Source: a virus. From it: a DNA stretch of 64,000 nt. The notes under the pieces are model-generated. The model was not told where the DNA came from, did not search any database, and worked only from the letters and a program-made list of their open reading frames with translations. The stretch covers positions 32,001 through 96,000 of the IMG/VR virus record IMGVR_UViG_3300020583_000010; one strand, 5' to 3'. Shown in pieces: positions 19,216 to 28,319 of this stretch; the stretch's first letter is position 1, and each line of letters begins with the position of its first letter. Both the position numbers and the translations under genes were made by a program.

Positions 19216-20092
19216 TTATATACTCCTTAACTAATTTCTTAACTTTAGAAGTTAAGGAAATGTCAAAGTACTCTAATCCTTTTACAGGTTCCTGACCATC
19301 TAGTTTTAATTCCCTGAGTACATACAACTCTGTCTGTCTAGCTTTCCCTTCTTCTAGTACTGGAGAAAGGTATGTTACTATTTGAAATCCAACCTCCCTG
19401 TGCCTCTTTAGCCTTCTGTTCGCATCACCTGAAGTAATTCCTACTTTAACTAATTCTTCATCTTCATTAACTACTATATAAACTCGATTCCATAACTTGC
19501 CTACACAAGTCAGGCATATCCCCTGACCCCCTAAGACCGAGTGAGCATCCACAAAGCAGTTATGTCCTTCGGCACATGTAACTTCATAACTGTAATGAGT
19601 TCCTCTCCAGGCACTATAGTTAGGTGAAGCTCCTAGTTCTTGCATCCTCTGTAGAAACTTTACTTCAGTGGAGGCAACACGTTTCTTACTGTAACAAACT
19701 TTACAGTGTCTATTTCGTGACAGAGTACCTGGATATTTTCTAGTTACATGTCCTTCACTACATCTGACAGCATACGATGTCTTCGATCCTGTATATTCAT
19801 CAAACTCAGGAGTATATCCATATAGAGTCAACTGAGTTAGAAACTTATCTTCGCCTTTTCTTAACTGTCTAGAATTTGCGCAGCGGAGACAAGGAGATTT
19901 GCCAGAAAATAAGTTCATAGCTGTCGGATAGCAGTAGTGCCCGTCAGAGCAAAGTACTTTGTAATGACTGGCGGCCTTAGTGTACTCAGTGTCTAAAAGA
20001 CTATGACCATTCTGCTCCAATAGATTCTTGAGTTTGTTATACTGAGATACTTTTACTTCTGGGTTAATTGGCATAGTCTCTCCTCTCAACAT
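19208..20092 (-). CDS. Zinc-ribbon repeat + T5orf172/GIY-YIG-like endonuclease
   Basis: Three C-x2-GH...CxxC modules, then VYIV...VKVGIT...RRL...EYF. Confidence 0.75.
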   Translation of the reverse strand: MLRGETMPINPEVKVSQYNKLKNLLEQNGHSLLDTEYTKAASHYKVLCSDGHYCYPTAMNLFSGKSPCLRCANSRQLRKGEDKFLTQLTLYGYTPEFDEYTGSKTSYAVRCSEGHVTRKYPGTLSRNRHCKVCYSKKRVASTEVKFLQRMQELGASPNYSAWRGTHYSYEVTCAEGHNCFVDAHSVLGGQGICLTCVGKLWNRVYIVVNEDEELVKVGITSGDANRRLKRHREVGFQIVTYLSPVLEEGKARQTELYVLRELKLDGQEPVKGLEYFDISLTSKVKKLVKEYISA

Positions 20093-20111
20093 AATCCGGC
20101 CTACACTAGTA

Positions 20112-20121
20112 TATCATCGGT
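20112..20121 (-). promoter_or_regulatory. Putative late promoter motif ACCGATGATA
   Basis: In 31-nt gap after terminase stop. Confidence 0.5.
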
Positions 20122-20123
20122 TA

Positions 20124-22412
20124 TCACCAATCTCCGGCATAATACTCACTAGGAGGTTCCCATACTTCCCCAGAAATAGGGATATTAAAATCAATATCCA
20201 TATGATCGAAACTATTACTACTGAAAGCTGACTCTGAATGAGTTCCCATAATAAACTCTGGTGCTGTATAATAGGCTCTTGCCCCCATGGGATCTTCTTC
20301 TCCCCCCATCATTATAGCGCCGACAGCAGAGCAAGCCAGTGCATCTGCCTGGTCTTTTGAACTAAATGTGGTATGGTCCACTTTTCCGTTCGGCTTCTTT
20401 GTCAGACAGAATAATTCTACCTTAAGAGAATCATTATCTGGCAAACTTATTCTTTGAGACTCCATCAGGTCTCTCAATGCTTTCCAAGGTTCTTCAGATC
20501 TGTCTGTAGAAATTAAAGGAGACTGTATTCCCATAGCCTCGAATGTCTGTCTCGACTCCACGCTGTTGTGTACAAACACACCAGCAGACAGGGCAAAGTT
20601 GTGATGACCTTCAACTGTAAGATCATATACGTCTTCAGGAGAAGATGACCTAATAGCAACTACTTTATGATTATTTATACTGCACCCCTGACCGAACTCT
20701 CTTAACTTATAGTAAGGCATCAAACTTTGGCCCAGTTCTAGATTTTGAGCTTCTAAATATGCCCCATCACGCAGCATAAATGGATGATCTGAGGTACACT
20801 TTATCTTGGCTCCATTATCAAGTTCTACCTCTAACATATCCTCACGAAAACCAGTTTTCCAAGCTTTAGTACACTTACCAGGTACCATTTTTCCGTCTTT
20901 AAATGCATATAACCAGAATGGATCTGAGTCTTCCAACTCTTTTAGAGTTTTAGTAGACCCGTCTAATAAAGGAATCTCTGTATCCCCTGAAAGACAGTTG
21001 TACCCATCATAGGAGAACTGCGGTATATGAAAACCTCTTCGACGTAGTGCCCCCCATAACTCTCTAGCCCAGCGGATCTGGATCTCACGAGGTGGGCTGA
21101 CTGTAATATCTGCCTCAAAAGCTATAACAAAATCAGTGGTCACTATAACCTCTGGCTCAAAGATTGTCTTAGGACCATCTTCTGTTATAACTTCCTTGTC
21201 TACCATACTGGTACGTACAACATGAGACATGGCCACCCCGGCTTTGTCTCCTGTGAGAGCTAGGTCGGCATGCATAGCATATCGAGCACCCACAATAGGA
21301 TAGAAGTCATCCCTGAATATAAACTTGGGAGTCCATGTTCGCCCACCCTCCGAGTAATACTCTACTGTTACTGCTGGCTGCTCTTCCTTCCTTATACAAG
21401 CTTCAATAGCCATTGTGTTCTTGAAATAAGGATCAGCCGCGTGTTTCGGCTTGCACTCGTACTTAGCCTCTGCCTGTGTTTTATTACGCTGATACTGGGC
21501 ATCAAAGTCTTTTTTAGAACGGTTAGGATTTACTTCCCACGTTGGGAAAGGTCCCGACACATACCACTTAGAAGACTTACCTTGTCTTATCTTATTCTTA
21601 TTTCCTTCTTCGGTCAAATTCTGAATAGTGGAACCTAAGTATCTTGGATAACTAATGAATATCTGTTTGAAGACTTCTGGGAACCTTGTACTTGAAGAAG
21701 ATTCCATCATATTCATAATATGCTCAGCAGTATTCTCGGCCTCGCGGGCAGTAGCAAGTCTAGTTTTGGCTACATCTGCCTGAGTCTTGAAACCATCGAT
21801 CTCATCACACACACCAAAAAGAAGGTTAAGCCCCTCCTGGGATTCTGCCTTAGAATGCCCAGAAATTGCTATTAAACTTTTATCGAAGATAATCTGTCCA
21901 TTAGTGACATCTACTCTATCTTTAAACCAACCTCTATTAACATTCTTCTTTAGTGGGTTAAAGAAAGCCTTTTGTGCCTGGTCGGCATTAATAGCAATGT
22001 TCAACATATGAACATCGTCATCTTCAGGTATTTTATAGTATAATTGAGGATCTTTAAGGCACATGAATAGATAAGCTGCTCTAAGCAGGGCAAACCGCAC
22101 ACTAGAATCTTTTCCGCCGCCCTTACCCCACTGAGCCACAAGGTAATTTACTAATCTTATATCTTCATCCCAATAGGAATAGTGTGTGGCTAATCTAGGG
22201 TACAGGCCTGGAAAGTATATTCTCTCTGCATGTCTGATAAAGTCAGTCTGTATAGGGCTGGGTGTGAAACCTCGCATCCCCAGATACTTTTTATCCTGAA
22301 GAAATACATCAAGAGGTACTGGTATCTCTGTAAGTAGGTCCTCTAGTGAAGACTCTTTTACAGCAGTTGTAGTAGGTTTAGGTAGAGTAAATAACTCATC
22401 AAATTTCGACAC
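20124..22412 (-). CDS. terL: Terminase large subunit with intein
   Basis: Walker A WGKGGGKD, Walker B VCDE, nuclease HADLA and KVDH...SKDQADA. Confidence 0.93.
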   Translation of the reverse strand: MSKFDELFTLPKPTTTAVKESSLEDLLTEIPVPLDVFLQDKKYLGMRGFTPSPIQTDFIRHAERIYFPGLYPRLATHYSYWDEDIRLVNYLVAQWGKGGGKDSSVRFALLRAAYLFMCLKDPQLYYKIPEDDDVHMLNIAINADQAQKAFFNPLKKNVNRGWFKDRVDVTNGQIIFDKSLIAISGHSKAESQEGLNLLFGVCDEIDGFKTQADVAKTRLATAREAENTAEHIMNMMESSSSTRFPEVFKQIFISYPRYLGSTIQNLTEEGNKNKIRQGKSSKWYVSGPFPTWEVNPNRSKKDFDAQYQRNKTQAEAKYECKPKHAADPYFKNTMAIEACIRKEEQPAVTVEYYSEGGRTWTPKFIFRDDFYPIVGARYAMHADLALTGDKAGVAMSHVVRTSMVDKEVITEDGPKTIFEPEVIVTTDFVIAFEADITVSPPREIQIRWARELWGALRRRGFHIPQFSYDGYNCLSGDTEIPLLDGSTKTLKELEDSDPFWLYAFKDGKMVPGKCTKAWKTGFREDMLEVELDNGAKIKCTSDHPFMLRDGAYLEAQNLELGQSLMPYYKLREFGQGCSINNHKVVAIRSSSPEDVYDLTVEGHHNFALSAGVFVHNSVESRQTFEAMGIQSPLISTDRSEEPWKALRDLMESQRISLPDNDSLKVELFCLTKKPNGKVDHTTFSSKDQADALACSAVGAIMMGGEEDPMGARAYYTAPEFIMGTHSESAFSSNSFDHMDIDFNIPISGEVWEPPSEYYAGDW
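20565..20996 (-). mobile_element. Mini-intein (144 aa, no homing endonuclease) in terminase
   Basis: YN|CLSGDTEI...CTSDHPF...VYDLTV...GVFVHN|S. Confidence 0.93.
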
Positions 22413-22427
22413 TTTGGGCTCACGGCC

Positions 22428-22538
22428 TCAGTTATTAGGTTTCTTTTTCTTGGTAGCAGATGTAAAGAATTTACGAACACGTTTACGAACCAGAAGTCTA
22501 CCTGGACGTCCTTTAATTACTCTTGACTGCTTGGCCAC
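22428..22538 (-). CDS. 36-aa highly basic microprotein
   Basis: GTG overlapping upstream TAG; MAKQSRVIKGRPGRLLVRKRVRKFFTSATKKKKPNN fills the gap. Confidence 0.55.
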   Translation of the reverse strand: MAKQSRVIKGRPGRLLVRKRVRKFFTSATKKKKPNN

Positions 22539-23182
22539 TACTTACTGTCACTGACTTTGATACCCTGCTTCTTAGCGGCAGATACTATTCGTGCCTTAAC
22601 AGAAGCCCAAGTAACACCATTAAGAGGATACTTTTTCTTCACATCTTCATGGTCTATATAACCTAGTGCAGCATGAATATGGTCCGGGTCTAGAGGAAAC
22701 TTTCCATTCTTTGGGTCTCCATATTCAACAGGTCCATACGGTTTAGGACTGCCCTTACTTTTTGACTTAACTGCTGCTAAAGCAACTACTTCATCTAGAG
22801 GACTGGAAAGTTTAACTGCTCCTGGGTGAGCACTTGTCTCATTATTATGAGGTAGGTAATGGTGGAACTGCATAAGATCCATAGCAGCCCGTGCTCTGTT
22901 GTCATGCGGAGCAGTCATGGCACCAGAAGGGTGATGAATTCCAATGAATTTCTTCTTCTTAGTGGCTACTACATGACCTATTTTCATCGCCCCGTGATTA
23001 ACATTGCCTGTAGGTCCCATGGTAAGACCCATAGCATGCATGTTCTCGTTGTCTTCCCACTCATCATGGTCTGTCTGAAGTATAGTATTATCCGGCTCAT
23101 CTGTGGGCTCACTGACAGTAGACTTGGCAGCCTTCTGGCTTTTAGCCAGTTCTAGGATCTGCTCTAGATTATCAGAGGACAT
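22538..23182 (-). CDS. Putative capsid-internal protein with KPYGxVEYxDP...FPLD domain
   Basis: C-terminal domain resembles modules seen in actinophage head proteins; N-terminal LEQILELA motif. Confidence 0.7.
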   Translation of the reverse strand: MSSDNLEQILELAKSQKAAKSTVSEPTDEPDNTILQTDHDEWEDNENMHAMGLTMGPTGNVNHGAMKIGHVVATKKKKFIGIHHPSGAMTAPHDNRARAAMDLMQFHHYLPHNNETSAHPGAVKLSSPLDEVVALAAVKSKSKGSPKPYGPVEYGDPKNGKFPLDPDHIHAALGYIDHEDVKKKYPLNGVTWASVKARIVSAAKKQGIKVSDSK

Positions 23183-23215
23183 AACTTTACTCCAAGCTGC
23201 GAGACATTGTCTGTT

Positions 23216-23656
23216 TTAACCATCGGACTTGGCAATTAGATTAGCTACAAAGTGCTCAGCTTCGAAGTCTGAAGCATTAGCATAGTGAGCACCGCCATGA
23301 CCGCGATGATGAAATTGGCAGAGCCACTCAAGATTTATTGCAGACTCTATCCATTTTCCAAGCTCATCTGGATTACTAACTCCAGGATACTGTTTTTCTA
23401 GAAATTCTAAGTTTACACTATTCTGGAGTGCCCACTCTATGTGAGAATGATGGAGTTCTAGTGGAAGGTCTAGCGTACAGTCTGAAAAGTCTCCGCGCCT
23501 CTTACCCACAGAGCACTGGTATATTTCTGGATTGTTCTTAGTTACTCTATGATAGTGGTCAAAGTCTCGATAGTTAGGATCACTCTCTCTTGCGCCGTGT
23601 TCTGGATAGTGAACGATGTAGTGATCAGACTTAGCCTGATCATGTGCAGCTACCAA
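23216..23656 (-). CDS. HNH-like His/Cys protein
   Basis: LELHH...NLEWLCQFHHRG...H. Confidence 0.65.
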   Translation of the reverse strand: MVAAHDQAKSDHYIVHYPEHGARESDPNYRDFDHYHRVTKNNPEIYQCSVGKRRGDFSDCTLDLPLELHHSHIEWALQNSVNLEFLEKQYPGVSNPDELGKWIESAINLEWLCQFHHRGHGGAHYANASDFEAEHFVANLIAKSDG

Positions 23657-24024
23657 CTTATCCCCGCATTCACAACTACTGAACCTTCCATAAGTTTAGT
23701 TATGACTCCTGAGCCAGATTCAACTAGCAGGGCATACTTACCAGTAAAGTAAGTCATTGCCGTAGTGGCGGCAGCTGTCGCAGTGATCTCTATGGTACCT
23801 GCGGCTCCACCTAATATTAAAGACGTATTAGGAGCTGTAGTTCCATCATTTGTAATAGTCAGTATGGGAGATTTATTTATCAAATCTGTCACTACATGAA
23901 GTCGAGCGGAATACCCTGTTAAGTTTACTGGGTTATTATTACTGTCTAGCCACGTGTAAACATAATCATAAGAAGACCCTTGTTCAAATGCAATATTCAT
24001 CAGTGTTACAGGTGTGCTAGACAT
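23650..24024 (-). CDS. Virion structural beta-sandwich protein
   Basis: EQG...PVNLTGYSARL...GTIEI...EG motif typical of phage structural Ig-like proteins. Confidence 0.75.
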   Translation of the reverse strand: MSSTPVTLMNIAFEQGSSYDYVYTWLDSNNNPVNLTGYSARLHVVTDLINKSPILTITNDGTTAPNTSLILGGAAGTIEITATAAATTAMTYFTGKYALLVESGSGVITKLMEGSVVVNAGISW

Positions 24025-24364
24025 TATTTACCCCCGTGAGCTGCTGACTTCAGTGCTGACCACTCAGCCAAAGCTTTCTTAGCCGCTGCCTGAGTGTCAG
24101 GATGAATCTTCTTTTCGCCACCCATAGGTTTACCAGCAGCCCAGCCCTTGACCACATTGACAGCTATGGCGATAGCCTCTGACTCACTATGACCATGAGA
24201 AATTAGAGCATTTGCTATATGCTCGGTCGTCAAATGTAAGGAGGTAAGTGCCACGGCTTTGGTTTTGTCTTTTTCCATAATGGCTTAGAACCAACTGGCT
24301 GTAGCGTACTAGCTTTCTGCATACTATCTGCTGCGAGCAGTACCTTTTCTAAATCTCCTGACAT
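24024..24364 (-). pseudogene. Late gene interrupted by an apparent 8-nt insertion (MSGDLEKVLLAA...LPPYI / EHIANAL...)
   Basis: Strong SD GGAGGTGAT before ATG 24364; frame stops at 24232-24230; C-terminal half continues in the -1 frame (track ORF 24024..24278). Confidence 0.6.
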
Positions 24365-24410
24365 AAGGCATCACCTCCCAGCATCAGATTTTAAATACTT
24401 CTATCTTCGA

Positions 24411-24420
24411 GATAATCGGC
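24411..24420 (-). promoter_or_regulatory. Putative late promoter motif GCCGATTATC
   Basis: At the head of the late/terminase operon; second copy TCCGATTATC at 24496-24505. Confidence 0.6.
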
Positions 24421-24464
24421 TAAATCTCTTAATGCCTGAGGACTGTCATACTGCAACCCAGCTA

Positions 24465-24498
24465 GAAAATCCCTAGTAACAGCGCTCTTACTAGGGAT
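24465..24498 (-). terminator. Terminator ending the replication/glycosyltransferase operon
   Basis: ATCCCTAGTAA...TTACTAGGGAT followed by TTTCT. Confidence 0.65.
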
Positions 24499-24519
24499 AA
24501 TCGGATATACCTATGCCGT

Positions 24520-25200
24520 CTACCTGTGCTCTTCGAAGGTAGCTGCTACTGTAGCAGGGTACATCTCTGGAGTAGTGTGAACTCCTTCAAGCTCTCCTAT
24601 ATGGCAAGATCTGCTGACCCCCGGATGAACAAATGGGTTTACAGACTTAGCCAGCCTAGAGAGATTCCAATCCCAGCCAGCCTCAGCTCCATTAGCCAGT
24701 CCAGTAGAGTAGTCATGGTCCCATGTGTCCCTTATATGATGTTCCCAAGACTCTTTCCAGGTTCCCCACACTAAAACTTCGAATCTTCTCTCTAGCCTTA
24801 GCTCATCCTGGGTTCCGGCTAGGTTGTAAGTATGTGAGCATATTCCTAAAACATCACTCGGAGTATATACTCTTTTAGCTCTGCCAAAGTACTCCAATAT
24901 GTCATCTGACACTATTATGTCTTCTTCAGCTAGAATAGTGAAGTCAGATCCATTATTAAATGAGTAGTTAAGAGCTCTCCAAGGATTACCAAGAACCCCA
25001 TGCTTGTGGGTATTCTCGTGTATAGTAATGTTTAAGGTAGACTCTTCCATTACTCTAAGCATCTCTGACTGTCTATCACTTGGATCTAAGAATATATCAA
25101 TTTCTGTATTCTCTATTCCGCGTACCCTAGCCCAGCTCTCTAAAGACCTTCTAAGGTAAGGTGCACGTCTATGAGCTGTAAATACTATATTAATGCTCAA
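24520..25200 (-). CDS. Glycosyltransferase, GT-A fold
   Basis: RAPYLRRSLES, ILAEEDI, GWDW, SRSCHIG. Confidence 0.8.
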   Translation of the reverse strand: MSINIVFTAHRRAPYLRRSLESWARVRGIENTEIDIFLDPSDRQSEMLRVMEESTLNITIHENTHKHGVLGNPWRALNYSFNNGSDFTILAEEDIIVSDDILEYFGRAKRVYTPSDVLGICSHTYNLAGTQDELRLERRFEVLVWGTWKESWEHHIRDTWDHDYSTGLANGAEAGWDWNLSRLAKSVNPFVHPGVSRSCHIGELEGVHTTPEMYPATVAATFEEHR

Positions 25201-26453
25201 AGTTGTTCACCTAGAGGCACATAAGTAATAGTAGAAGAAATGTGTACTATGTACCTAAAGGGATCTACTACTACGCTGCCTTCAGGAAATTTTAGATACT
25301 CAAATGCAGAATGCTTTGTACCCACTAAGTATACGGCAGGTTTATTGAGTGCACTCTCTACACTTTCAGCACCATCTATATACGGGTCTACTTGAGTAGA
25401 GTCTCTTCCCATATAAGATAAAAGATTTCCTACCAGTGTTGCTGGTGAACCGTTTACTAGGTTAGACTCTGGCTTATAGGCCTTACCCAGAATAACTACG
25501 GGCAGTTCTCTACTATCGGAGTAAGAGTACAGCAGGTCAGCTAACCACTGAGCCTGGTCTTCACGAGCTTTCGAGACAAACTCGAAAGGGTCAGCTGACA
25601 ACTCTAAAGTGTCAGCAAGCCAGGACATTGCTATATTATCCCTTGGGTGACAAGAACCACCATCCCCCATCCCTCCGCGCATATAGGTTGGACTTATTAC
25701 ACGCTCTGTAGCTAGGGAAAGTCCATCAATAACGCTGTCACAGTCTGCTCCTATCTTGTGACAGATCTCCATCATAGTGTTTCCAAATACTACCTTCATA
25801 GAGATAAAGCAGTTGTAGGCTACTTTAGTCAATTCTGCTGACTTTATATCCATTATGCATACTGGACGATCATGCACTGTAGAATAGATAGACTTTAATA
25901 GGTTAACGGAACTGTTATCGAAGTTATCATGCCCCACTAATACAAACTCTGGGTTAAGAAAGTCATTAATAGTCGTTCCCATAGCTATAAAGAATGGGTT
26001 ATAAACTAAGTCTACATAAGTATTAAGAACTGGTTTTATATAGGTGTCCATAGACCCTGGCAGTGCAGTTGATATAATTACAAGAGTTATATTCTTCTTT
26101 AGTTCTGCTGCTGCCGCACTTATAGATTTTGCAGCAGTAGATAGCCATGTGTAATTGAAATCCTTCTTCTCAGTAGGCATCAAGGTTTCGCCGCCATAAG
26201 CAGAATCGTGTGGTGTCTGTACGGCGCAAAATACAATATCAACTTCGCGCACCACATCTGCTACTGTACTACAAAGAGTCAGATTATCAAGACTTAACTC
26301 AGATAATCCATTCTCAAAAGGGTTATCATGTAAGACGGCTATATTTTCAGGCGCTATGTCATATCCATATATGATATGACCGCCCTTATCTGCCAGAGCT
26401 AGAGCACAAGGAAGCCCAAGCTTTCCTAAACCTACCCAACCAATACTAGTCAT
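25197..26453 (-). CDS. ugd: UDP-glucose/GDP-mannose 6-dehydrogenase family
   Basis: GLGKLG Rossmann motif, SAELTKVAYN, GGSCHPRD catalytic Cys motif. Confidence 0.92.
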   Translation of the reverse strand: MTSIGWVGLGKLGLPCALALADKGGHIIYGYDIAPENIAVLHDNPFENGLSELSLDNLTLCSTVADVVREVDIVFCAVQTPHDSAYGGETLMPTEKKDFNYTWLSTAAKSISAAAAELKKNITLVIISTALPGSMDTYIKPVLNTYVDLVYNPFFIAMGTTINDFLNPEFVLVGHDNFDNSSVNLLKSIYSTVHDRPVCIMDIKSAELTKVAYNCFISMKVVFGNTMMEICHKIGADCDSVIDGLSLATERVISPTYMRGGMGDGGSCHPRDNIAMSWLADTLELSADPFEFVSKAREDQAQWLADLLYSYSDSRELPVVILGKAYKPESNLVNGSPATLVGNLLSYMGRDSTQVDPYIDGAESVESALNKPAVYLVGTKHSAFEYLKFPEGSVVVDPFRYIVHISSTITYVPLGEQL

Positions 26454-27010
26454 ATCACGCCGTCTATCTTATTAGTCCTGAAGTAGTAATGATACATTAT
26501 ACTGTCTACATAATGCTGAGTTTTAATTATCTTCTTAGCTCTCAGAGCCGAAGCCCATCTGCTGTCTTCGCCATCACCACCTGATAATTTCACAGTGGAA
26601 GCTAAGTCTTTACGAATAGGATTTAAATGACTTAAATCCCTATAGTACCCTTTATTATCTTCCCACCAAGAGTCGTATTCTAGCGAGTGATACGTCGGTT
26701 TTTGAGGGTTGCCGTCTATGTACAATTGCAACTGAAAGCCAATATAGTCTACACTACTCAGGTTTGGATATATCTGTTCTACATAATCTTCGGCTACCAA
26801 ATCGTCATCATCTATAAAATTAACATAAGACCCATTAGCGGAGTCTAATAGGTCTTGGCGATTCTCACCCAGTGATATGCTAGTATCATTAGTTTTCACT
26901 GCTAGTTCTATGTCTTGGTATCCTTTTATCTGAGGCTCTAAGACTTCCAACAGCCTAGATAGAAAATCAACTCTCGAAGGCTGAGTTAAAATTAATAAAG
27001 ACCATTTCAT
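26450..27010 (-). CDS. Glycosyltransferase family 2-like
   Basis: ANGSYVNFIDDDD and GED motifs. Confidence 0.85.
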   Translation of the reverse strand: MKWSLLILTQPSRVDFLSRLLEVLEPQIKGYQDIELAVKTNDTSISLGENRQDLLDSANGSYVNFIDDDDLVAEDYVEQIYPNLSSVDYIGFQLQLYIDGNPQKPTYHSLEYDSWWEDNKGYYRDLSHLNPIRKDLASTVKLSGGDGEDSRWASALRAKKIIKTQHYVDSIMYHYYFRTNKIDGVI

Positions 27011-27693
27011 TAGAATGCTGCAATGAACTCTCTAAGCTTCTCAGCATCTAGTTCTCTGTCTCTTTGCATTGACTCATACTTTCCTGTCACGTCATCCGCC
27101 CAATGTCTCACTAGTCTCTCCTGGTGTGTCTTGTCCCAGGTACCTTTACCGGCACAAGGATGCATATGCTCTGTATAAAGGTCTGGTAGAAATACTTTAC
27201 GGCCTATTCTTACTGCTAAGTCAGTCAACCATGTGTCATTGAAGTCTGAGGAAAAGTATGGAGGCACAAAGTACCCTAAAGCCTCTGTCCAGTTTCTATG
27301 AAGGAAGCTATGAGTTGCCAGTGCCTCCCCCTGAATACCATCCTCACCATGAACTAATACTATCTTATCAGGAACTTTTGCGAATTCTGCCTTGACTTGG
27401 CTGTCCCAGTGCGCAGTTCGGAATACTATGTCATCACCACAGTGCATATTTATCTCGGAATTAGAATACTCATAACACTTATTCCACATCTCAGATAATA
27501 CTATGCGTGGTCCTAGGACCACTGTACAGTCTAACTTCCATATCATATCAGCGGATGCTCTGTCATCTTCATCCACATAAAATATGAACTCTACTTCGTT
27601 ATCTGATGTAGATCTAGCGCTATCAACCATACGCTTTATATTATCAGGGCGCTCTCTAGTTGGCGTAAGTAAAGAAATAGTCACTTTGTCCAA
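27010..27693 (-). CDS. Glycosyltransferase family 2-like
   Basis: LLTPTRER, GDD, ND...EHMH motifs. Confidence 0.8.
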   Translation of the reverse strand: MDKVTISLLTPTRERPDNIKRMVDSARSTSDNEVEFIFYVDEDDRASADMIWKLDCTVVLGPRIVLSEMWNKCYEYSNSEINMHCGDDIVFRTAHWDSQVKAEFAKVPDKIVLVHGEDGIQGEALATHSFLHRNWTEALGYFVPPYFSSDFNDTWLTDLAVRIGRKVFLPDLYTEHMHPCAGKGTWDKTHQERLVRHWADDVTGKYESMQRDRELDAEKLREFIAAF

Positions 27694-28319
27694 GTCTTTC
27701 CACCACCGTGGCCGTAGTCATCACAGTCATCATAGGTAGTCTTATATGCACTACGAGAGGCATGATGAAACACTACAAGCCCTTCTGGATTCATAAAGCC
27801 TTTAGACGCCTGTGATCCTGTTACCTGCAATTCATATTTCACTGTTTCAATAGTGTTTGTACTAAATGAACCAACAAACAACTCAGGAACCATTCCAAGA
27901 CCTTCTACCTCAGAAAGGTTGGTGTCTCTCCATCGCAGTGTGTTAAAAAGTGAGAATCTACGTTCCCCTTTAGTCAACCCATACCCTCGCTGAACTCCGC
28001 TACCCCACCATTCCCCGAAGTGTAGTCCTTCTCCAAGAACTTTGGCTAAGTCTTTGCCATTCTTCTCTACCCAGGAAGCAAATCCAAAGTTATCATCACC
28101 GGGATAGATCAACCGCTTGCGAGATTGGGCAGTCACTCTATAAGTAGAACCACCTACAGTTACTACACCTCTGTCATCTCCCCAGTCCATCATATCATCA
28201 TATGGAATTAAAGGAGTAACATGAACACCGGCATTTGTTCCATCGATTTTTTCCGTAATTGTCATGTCACGATTAAGCCGTGCCAGACTTGGAAATCCTA
28301 CAAACTCTACTTCAGACAT
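27681..28319 (-). CDS. RNA ligase (Rnl2-like adenylation domain)
   Basis: TEKIDGTN (motif I), FGEWWG, PEGLV. Confidence 0.85.
   Translation of the reverse strand: MSEVEFVGFPSLARLNRDMTITEKIDGTNAGVHVTPLIPYDDMMDWGDDRGVVTVGGSTYRVTAQSRKRLIYPGDDNFGFASWVEKNGKDLAKVLGEGLHFGEWWGSGVQRGYGLTKGERRFSLFNTLRWRDTNLSEVEGLGMVPELFVGSFSTNTIETVKYELQVTGSQASKGFMNPEGLVVFHHASRSAYKTTYDDCDDYGHGGGKTWTK

Noticed and set aside
24225-24235. T4 gene 60-style ribosomal bypass over the 8-nt insert
   Set aside because: Take-off (ATT) and landing (ACC) codons do not match and no stimulatory hairpin is evident.
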